The position numbers were made by a program, and so were the translations under genes. Source: Octopus sinensis (Eukaryota). From it: a stretch of 13,855 bases of DNA. The number at the start of each line of letters is the position of its first letter. Within the stretch, counting starts at the first letter, position 1. A model generated the notes under the pieces. The model worked only from the letters and a program-made list of their open reading frames with translations. It was not told the DNA's origin and did not search any database. Of this stretch, positions 9,111 through 13,855 are shown one piece after another. The stretch is taken from the NCBI RefSeq assembly GCF_006345805.1, contig NW_021826057.1:1-13855 (forward strand). The letters are read 5' to 3'.

Positions 9111-9560
9111 AAGGCGGCAAGCTAGCAGAAGCATTAGCATGCGGGGCAAAATGCTTAGCGTTATTTCATCTGCCATTACGTTCTTAGTTCAAATTCCACC
9201 GAGGTCGACTTTGCCTTTCATCCTTTCGAGGTTGATAAATTAAGTACCAGTTATGCACGGGAGTCAATATAATCAACTTAATCCGTTTGTCTGTCTTTGT
9301 TTGTCTTCTCTGTGTTTAGCCCCTTGTGGGTAGTAAAGAAATAGGTATTTTGTCTGCCATTATGTTCTGAGTTAAAATTCCGCCGAGGTCGACTTTGCCT
9401 TTCATCCTTTCGAAGTTGATAAATTAAGTACCAGTTATGTACTGGAGTCAATGTAATCGACTTAATCCCTTTGTCTGTCCTTGTTTGTCCCCTCTGTGTC
9501 TAGCACCTTGTGGGCAATAAAGAAATAAGAAACGTTAGCACACAAGGCAAAATGCTTAAC
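9111..9560 (+). mobile_element. SINE family C (Nin/Deu-domain-like) with an internal ~185-nt tandem duplication
   Basis: B-box gttcaaattcc followed by gaggtcgactttgcctttcatcctttcga.gttgataaattaagtaccag, present twice (9201 and 9385). The motif resembles the Nin/Deu conserved SINE domain. Confidence 0.85.
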
Positions 9561-10176
9561 TGTTGTCCATGCTGGCATGGTTTGAACAGTTTGACCAGGG
9601 TTGGTAAGCTGAAGAAGCTGCACCAGACTCCAGATTGATTTGGCATGGTTTGTATGGCTGGACTGGATGCCCTTCTTAATGCCAACTGCACCGAGAGTGT
9701 AATGGGTGCTTTTACGAGTCACTGGCACGGGTGCCAGTTGCTTGACACCAGTATCTGCCAAGACTATGATTTCACTTGGCTTGATGGGTCTTCTACTCAA
9801 GTAGGGCATATTACTAATGGTCATTGTCTTCATGAGGTCCAACGCTTGAAAGGTGCTTCTTTACATGCCACCAACACAGGTGCTAATTACATAATACTGG
9901 CATCGGCCAAATTGCCTCTGTGAGGCTCAATGCTTGAAAGAGGTAATTTTCATGCCACTGGCATGGGTGTCAGGTATGTGACATTGGCATCACACACACA
10001 CACACATACATACAAAGGGCTTCTTTTAGTTTCCATCTACTAAATCTACTTACAAGGCTTTGGTTAGCTTGAGGCTATAGTAGAAGACACTAGCCCAAAG
10101 TGCCATACAGTGGGACCGAACCCAGAACCATGTGGTTGAGAAGCGAACTTCTTACCAAACAGCCACTCCTGCACCT
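9556..10176 (-). mobile_element. Composite SINE: family A tRNA head, (TG)n, internally repeated body and family B 3' module
   Basis: 10017-10176 is the reverse complement of the family A head (11349-11500). 9556-9740 is the reverse complement of 2877-3047. Three imperfect tttacatgccactggcacgggtgcca units lie between. Confidence 0.85.
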
Positions 10177-10400
10177 AATATTTAGTTAAATAAAGGAAAT
10201 CTCTCAAACGATAATCGTCTGTTTGAAGCATATTTCCTGTCGTACAGTCAATGTCTTTTATAAAACTTCCAATTATTTCTTCAGCTGAATCATTATTCTT
10301 TTCCCAAGTACATGGTTTGCAAATTCTAAACTAACAAGATTTAATTGAAGTTATTTCAAATTTAACTGTGATCATAAAACTGAGAAATGAGGTTACAATA

Positions 10401-10815
10401 ATTATTCTTTCCTACTCTAAGCACAACACCCAAAACTTTTTTTTGGGTGGGGGAACCAGTCAATTAGATCGACCCCAGTACGCAACTGGTACTTAATTTA
10501 TCGACCCTGAAAGGATGCAAGGCAAAGTCTACCTCAGCAGAATTTGAACTCAGAAAATAAAATAAAGGCAGACGAAATACCTATTTCTTTACTACCTACA
10601 AGGGGCTAAACACAGAGAGGACAAACAAGGACAGACAAACAGATTAAGTTGATTATATCGACCCCAGTGCATAACTGGTACTTAATTTATCGCCCCCAAA
10701 AGGATGAAAGGCAAAGTCTACCTGGGCAGAATTTGAACTCAGGACGTAACGGCAGACGAAATACTGCCAAGCATTTCACCCAGTGTGCTAACATTTTTGC
10801 CAGCTTGCTCCCTTC
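10401..10815 (-). mobile_element. SINE family C, dimeric
   Basis: actggtacttaatttatcg.ccc..aaggatg.aaggcaaagtctacct..gcagaatttgaactcag occurs twice. Reverse complement of 9111-9460. Confidence 0.9.
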
Positions 10816-10843
10816 ACTAGGTTACGATAATTATTACCTATAG

Positions 10844-11046
10844 CAAGGTGTCAAGTTGACAGAATTGTCAGCACAACAAGTAAAATACTCAAGAATTTCA
10901 TCTGTCTTTACATTCTGTCAAAGTGGACTTTGTCTTTCATTCTTTCAGGGCTGATGAAATAAGTGTCATTTGAACACTGAGAGTAATGTAGACTTACTCC
11001 CTACTCTGAAATTGCTGGCCTTATGCCAAAATTAGAAACCAATAAT
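10844..11046 (+). mobile_element. Older, degenerate SINE family C monomer
   Basis: aaggtgtcaagttgacagaattgtcagcac...gactttgtctttcattctttcagggctgatgaaataagt, colinear with 9111-9280. Confidence 0.7.
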
Positions 11047-11532
11047 TAGTACTAATAGAATGATTGTGTGATAAAAGATACAAACCAATTTTAATATTCA
11101 ACAAAATGTTTATGAGAATTTCTGTTTATTTTTTTAGATTAAATTTTATGACCAATTTTGTTATGTAGCAGCAGAATATTCTTTTCCTTCAGCACAAAAT
11201 GCAACAAAAGAAAAACAAATAACTAGAAATAAAAAAAGAAATGAAAAAAAACATTGTAACTCTGAAAAGTTTAATGACTGATAAAATTTAAACTCCAGGG
11301 GAATCAAACTCCCACCCAACAAACAGTAATTAAATACTAATCAATTGATCTGGCTGTGTGGTAAGTAGCTTGTTTACAAACCACATGGTTCTGGGCTCAG
11401 TGCCACTGCATGGCACCTTGGGCAAGTGTCTTCTACTATAGCCTCAGACTGACCAAAGCCTTGTGAGTGGATTTGGTAGATGGAAACTGAAAGAAGCCCG
11501 TCGCATATATATATATATATGTATATATATAT

Positions 11533-11727
11533 GTGACCGCATGTGTACCGCTGGTGATTTTTTTTTCCTCTGTCTTCCCTTCTCTGGATCATCCCTTCTC
11601 CTATGTTTCCGACGAAGAGTTCTGCTCGAAACGTTAAACCCTCCTTCTTCCCTTCCTTCCTAAGCGTCCAATAATACTATATTTGTTCCATGTCCTCGCG
11701 TTGTTGTGTTTTCATGTTTGGATTAAC
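11533..11727 (+). mobile_element. ~195-nt hammerhead-bearing element in (TA)n (Penelope-like terminal-repeat remnant or retrozyme-like)
   Basis: Absent from the other family A copies, flanked by TA repeats, contains a hammerhead motif, and shares its layout with 13119-13326. Confidence 0.65.
11605..11639 (+). ncRNA. Minimal type-I hammerhead ribozyme-like motif (U4C core variant)
   Basis: guuu-CCGACGA-A-GAGU(ucu)GCUC-GAAAC-GUU-aaac. Stem I has 4 bp, stem II has 4 bp, and stem III is the palindrome ACGU. Confidence 0.6.
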
Positions 11728-12006
11728 TATATATATGTATATGTATGTATGTGTGTGCATATGTTTGTGTGTCTGTGTTTGTGCCCCCAACATTGCTTGA
11801 CAACCGATGCTGGTGTGTTTATATCCCTGTAACTTAACGGTTCGCCAAAAGAGACCGATAGAATAAGTACTAGGCTTACAAAGAATAAGTCCTGGGGTCG
11901 ATTCGCTCGACTACAGGTGGTGCTCCAGCATGACCACAGTCAAATGACTGAAACAAGTAAAAGAGTAAAGAGTTAGCAGTAACTTGTTAATGTATAAAAA
12001 TGTAAA

Positions 12007-12210
12007 GGTACATTGGCTTAATGGTTAAGGCATTCAGCTCAAGGTTGTAAGGTCTTGAGTTTGATTTTTGGTGATGCATTATGTCCTTAAGCAAGACACA
12101 CTGTTTGATATGGCTCAGGTCCATTCTGCTGGCAAAAATGCATTGCACTTGTAATTCAAAGGGCCAGCCTCAGCACACTCTGTATTGTGCTGAATCTCTC
12201 TGAAAACTAC
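12007..12210 (+). mobile_element. Degenerate tRNA/CORE-like SINE head, family D-like
   Basis: A box tggcttaatggttaag, B-box-like gagtttgatt, then tgtccttaagcaagacac. Confidence 0.7.
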
Positions 12211-12211
12211 T

Positions 12212-12248
12212 TTAACTCTTTTGTCACCATATTTCTGTTGAGGTGCTC
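12212..12248 (-). mobile_element. Terminal fragment of the piggyBac-like MITE
   Basis: ttaactctttttgtcaccatatttctgttgaggtgctc is the reverse complement of 763-799 with a few mismatches. Confidence 0.75.
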
Positions 12249-12249
12249 A

Positions 12250-12563
12250 GTGTATATGTATATGTGTGTGTGTGTGTGTGGTGTGTGTCTGTGTGTGTGG
12301 GGGGGTGTACATGCTTATGTGTGTTTGTCTTTCAGTCTGTGTTTGTCCAGCCACCATCACTTGACAACCGATGCTGGTGTGTTTATGTCCCCCGTAACCT
12401 AGCAGTTTGGCAAAAGGTACCGATAGAACAAGTACTAGGCTTACAAAAAAATAAGTCCTGGTGGAAGGTGGGGGCGTCGGTCGATTTCTTTCTTCGACTA
12501 AAACCCTTTAAGCTGGTGCTCCAGCATGGTCGCAGTTGAATGACTGAAACACGTAAAAGAATA
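12250..12563 (+). mobile_element. Family A SINE 3' half
   Basis: (TG)n then cttgacaaccgatgctggtgtgtttat.tccc.gtaac...aagtactaggcttacaaa.aataagtcctgg...gtgctccagcatg...tgactgaaaca, matching 11796-11965. Confidence 0.9.
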
Positions 12564-12969
12564 AACAGATATGTATGTATGTGTAGATTTGTTGCAAGCA
12601 TGAGTGGCGAGAGAAAGCAAACGAAAGAAAGAGAGAGAGAGACAGAGACAGAGACAGGCAGACTGACGGACAAACGGATGGACAGACAGACAGACCATGA
12701 ATATAAGAGAAAGCTAAGATTTCTGTTGACTTAAACTGAGCTTTTTGTTTGATGCAGTAAAATGAGAGATGAAGGAATTTTAACCATCCATCTTATATAT
12801 ATTCTTGTGTGGTATCATGCCAAACGTTAATGCTATTACTGTAACAAAACTTCTAAAGTGGATAATACGGAAGATATTAAATGAAAATTGTATAATTGAG
12901 ATAAATAATCCATGTGTCCAAACAGAGAAACTGAATTTCTTGTAAAGACAAAAATGATATCCTAGCTTA

Positions 12970-13079
12970 GATATATGTGTCTCTGTAAATGTGTGTGCAT
13001 GTGTCTGTGAGTATTATATATATATGCGTATACATATATTCATATATATGAGTGTGTGTGTGTACATAAATATATATGC

Positions 13080-13116
<37 letters not shown>

Positions 13117-13118
13117 TA
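12970..13118. repeat. (TA)/(TG) microsatellite
   Basis: Directly visible. Confidence 0.9.
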
Positions 13119-13325
13119 CGTAATGTTGATTCGTTAGCTACTGCACGCATTTTTTTCTCTCCTTCTTTCTGTGTTTTTCTCTCTCTGTGTATCTTTCTGT
13201 TGAAGAGCGTAGGCTCGAAACGTTAAAGACTTGTTTTATTTATATTTCCTGAGCGCCATACTAATACAATTGTTCGTTTGTTTTCCACCTGCCTTCGTCT
13301 TTTGTTTATTTTCATAAGCTTCCCG

Positions 13326-13326
<1 letters not shown>
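13119..13326 (+). mobile_element. ~208-nt hammerhead-bearing element in (TA)n (Penelope-like terminal-repeat remnant or retrozyme-like)
   Basis: Sharp (TA)n boundaries on both sides, a pyrimidine tract, a hammerhead motif, then cct.agcg.c.a..taatac as in 11533-11727. CpG-retaining, so probably young. Confidence 0.65.
13192..13229 (+). ncRNA. Minimal type-I hammerhead ribozyme-like motif (A6U core variant)
   Basis: ucuuu-CUGUUGA-A-GAGC(guag)GCUC-GAAAC-GUU-aaaga. Perfect 5-bp stem I, perfect 4-bp stem II, palindromic ACGU stem III. Confidence 0.65.
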
Positions 13327-13375
<49 letters not shown>

Positions 13376-13484
13376 TATGTATATATGTATGTGTATATAT
13401 ATATTTATAAAAGTACAGATATGCATATATACATATTTATATGTTTATATGTATATATATATATATACATATATATATGCATAT

Positions 13485-13529
<45 letters not shown>

Positions 13530-13547
13530 TATATGCATATTTATATG

Positions 13548-13578
<31 letters not shown>
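13327..13578. repeat. (TA)n-rich microsatellite
   Basis: Directly visible. Confidence 0.95.
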
Positions 13579-13813
13579 CCCACACCTACACATTTCTGTT
13601 TTCTGTACTGAAACTTTTAACAAATATGGAAAGATTCTCTTTTTTGACAGAATCAATAATTTTACAGCCAAAAGTTAGTTTTCATTACTTTTTATATTTT
13701 TCATGTATTTTTTATTTTTCTTTATTTTCTAATCTTTTCTCTTTGAGAAATTATGTATTTTTCTTCTTGAAGATAGAAATCATGTTGGTGTTACTCTACT
13801 GCCCTGTTTTAAA

Positions 13814-13855
13814 TTCTCTTCTCTTCTTCTCTTCTTCTCTTCTTCTTCTTCTTCT
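13814..13855. repeat. (CTCTT)/(CTT) simple repeat running off the window end
   Basis: Directly visible. Confidence 0.9.

Larger units (their letters stand above)
11349..11973 (+). mobile_element. Full-length family A SINE with a nested insertion in its TA tract
   Basis: tggctgtgtggtaag...gggctcagtgcc...ggcaccttgggcaagtgtctt...(TA)n...ctccagcatgaccacagtcaaatgactgaaacaagtaaaagagtaaagagt. Confidence 0.9.

Noticed and set aside
9462-9923. 126-aa and 92-aa ORFs
   Set aside because: They lie entirely within SINE sequence. The same applies to ORFs at 147-543, 1252-1458, 7225-7573, 10649-10843, 11374-11663 and 12187-12734, which lie wholly or largely in SINEs.
10951-10960. CTGATGA followed by aat, a possible hammerhead core
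   Set aside because: There is no stem II or GAAA box after it. It is a mutated gtcgataaa within a family C SINE.

Overview
AT-rich eukaryotic non-coding (intronic or intergenic) DNA with no intact protein-coding gene; almost all listed ORFs are microsatellite or SINE artefacts. The repeat repertoire looks like an Octopus/coleoid cephalopod genome, which is my recognition and not a database result. The window holds about 13 tRNA-derived SINE copies or fragments from at least four modular families, a fragmented mariner transposase fossil with its right TIR (3075-3981), and a tandem pair of TTAA-flanked piggyBac-like MITEs. It also has a ~370-nt foldback palindrome, a CT-rich minisatellite and many simple repeats. 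The most notable signal is three independent minimal type-I hammerhead-ribozyme-like motifs (5017-5062, 11605-11639, 13192-13229). One lies at the 3' end of a tRNA-headed SINE and two lie in ~200-nt elements inserted into (TA)n tracts, suggesting Penelope-like/retrozyme-type non-autonomous elements. A few short candidate exons are visible but cannot be assigned to a gene.
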